From contig NC_068996.1 in the NCBI RefSeq assembly GCF_001194135.2, positions 7,108,531-7,144,423 on the forward strand: a DNA stretch of 35,893 bases, written 5' to 3'. The DNA is from Octopus bimaculoides. Taxonomy: Eukaryota. Position numbers and translations under genes: made by a program. The notes under the pieces were generated by a model that was not told the origin of the DNA, did not search any database, and worked only from the letters and a program-made list of their open reading frames with translations. Below, piece after piece: positions 34,968 to 35,893 of this stretch. Position 1 is the first letter of the stretch; every line of letters begins with the position of its first letter.

Positions 34968-34988
34968 ATTGACGAGTTTCATTTCTTC

Positions 34989-35074
34989 ATTCCCCTGAAG
35001 AGATTACATTGTTTTACATCAATTTATTCCTTTGGAAAAATACCAGTGATATCTTCGAAACGTGTGTCGGAAGT
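34989..35074 (+). ncRNA. Hammerhead motif in the inverted 5' pLTR
   Basis: ATTCCC-CTGAAGA(34995-35001)-GAT...ATCTTC-GAAA(35057-35060)-CGTGTG-TC-GGAAGT. Core intact; 3-nt deletion in stem II relative to the other copy. Confidence 0.75.
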
Positions 35075-35105
35075 AAAAGAATTTGAATAACACCTGCATT
35101 TCACT

Positions 35106-35138
<33 letters not shown>

Positions 35139-35224
35139 TACTAGAATCGATTCATTCGACTAAAATTTCTCAAGGTGGTGCTCCAGCATGGCTGCAGTCA
35201 AATGACAAACGATAAAAGTTTGAG

Positions 35225-35567
35225 TAAACGACTAACAGAAGTGGGGGAATATCATAGCCATATGTTGAGAGAATTTCTTTAAGGTCTGAATAATTCACTA
35301 CTGGAAACATTGATGCTTGGTTCAATATCCTTAAACAACCCTTATTCAGTTGAGTGGGGTGGGCTACACGACCTCAACAATATTCTAATTGAGCCCAACC
35401 TGCGAGGGCATTTGCTGTTTATCTTGATATGAGATCATCATGTCACGCACATATAGTTGTGATGCATGTGCTTGGTGTACCCTTATAGGGCGGGTAGTCA
35501 TGAGTTTATTGGGCTTCGTTTACTTGCACCCCGTGTCATTTTGATGACATGCACTGCTCTCTCATTC

Positions 35568-35612
<45 letters not shown>
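35225..35612 (+). mobile_element. 3' UTR of an R4/Dong-like LINE with (AAT)n tail
   Basis: Homologous to 24338-24660 (reverse complement); (AAT)n at 35568-35612. Confidence 0.7.
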
Positions 35613-35614
<2 letters not shown>

Positions 35615-35893
35615 GCCTATTTCACAGCAGTACTCTACCCAAAAAACGAAAACGCAACAACACATACATATAAAACATGGAAGAAAAATAATGTAAATAT
35701 AGACCTCGATAAAACAATGAACCCTAACAAACTAGCTAACATAAGAAGATATATTCTAAAAGCAAAAAAAATATCAGAAATAGAAATAGAGCAATTGAAA
35801 GAAAAAATACATCAGGAAAATCTAGATAGTAGTCACACAGCAATGCCAAATAATAATATAAACACTGAGATAGCAAAACACGAGGACAAACGT
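35615..35893 (+). mobile_element. N-terminal ORF region of an R4/Dong-like LINE, open to the window edge
   Basis: 93 uninterrupted codons AYFTAVLYPKNENATTHTYKTWKKNN...MNPNKLANIRRYILKAKKISEIEIEQLKEKI, resembling the xxKLAxQRRxI...ELExL motif recalled from R4-clade N-termini. Starts directly after (AAT)n. Confidence 0.6.

Larger units (their letters stand above)
32174..35109 (-). mobile_element. Penelope-like retroelement (C-terminal GIY-YIG) with inverted pseudo-LTRs, next to TA-rich repeats
   Basis: RT and endonuclease motifs (next feature). 32174-32318 is the diverged reverse complement of 34968-35109. TA-rich or (TA)n sequence lies on both outer sides. Confidence 0.9.

Overview
AT-rich, microsatellite-dense eukaryotic DNA with seven N gaps. 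The repeat families (tRNA-derived SINEs with CORE-like and Meta-like domains, TAA-tailed R4/Dong LINE ends) look like those of an octopod cephalopod; this is inferred from recall, not from a search. The window is almost all non-coding and transposon-derived. Recognisable elements: a degenerate Penelope-like element (RT plus C-terminal GIY-YIG, minus strand, 32174-35109) bracketed by inverted pseudo-LTRs that each carry a hammerhead ribozyme motif; R4/Dong, RTE and HERO-type non-LTR fragments; a mariner transposase remnant; mariner- and Tigger-type MITEs; and many SINEs. One convincing candidate terminal host exon lies at 26998-27139 (+), with a weak phase-compatible upstream candidate at 12493-12544. 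The most striking unexplained signal is a set of sequence-unrelated type I hammerhead motifs at 45, 2452, 4226, 8830, 9843, 32209 and 34989, plus a looser one at 814. Most have short or palindromic stem III and point toward a nearby microsatellite, and two sit in 320-342 bp retrozyme-like units. Most listed ORFs are microsatellite or N-gap artefacts. All family names come from motif recognition and need database confirmation.
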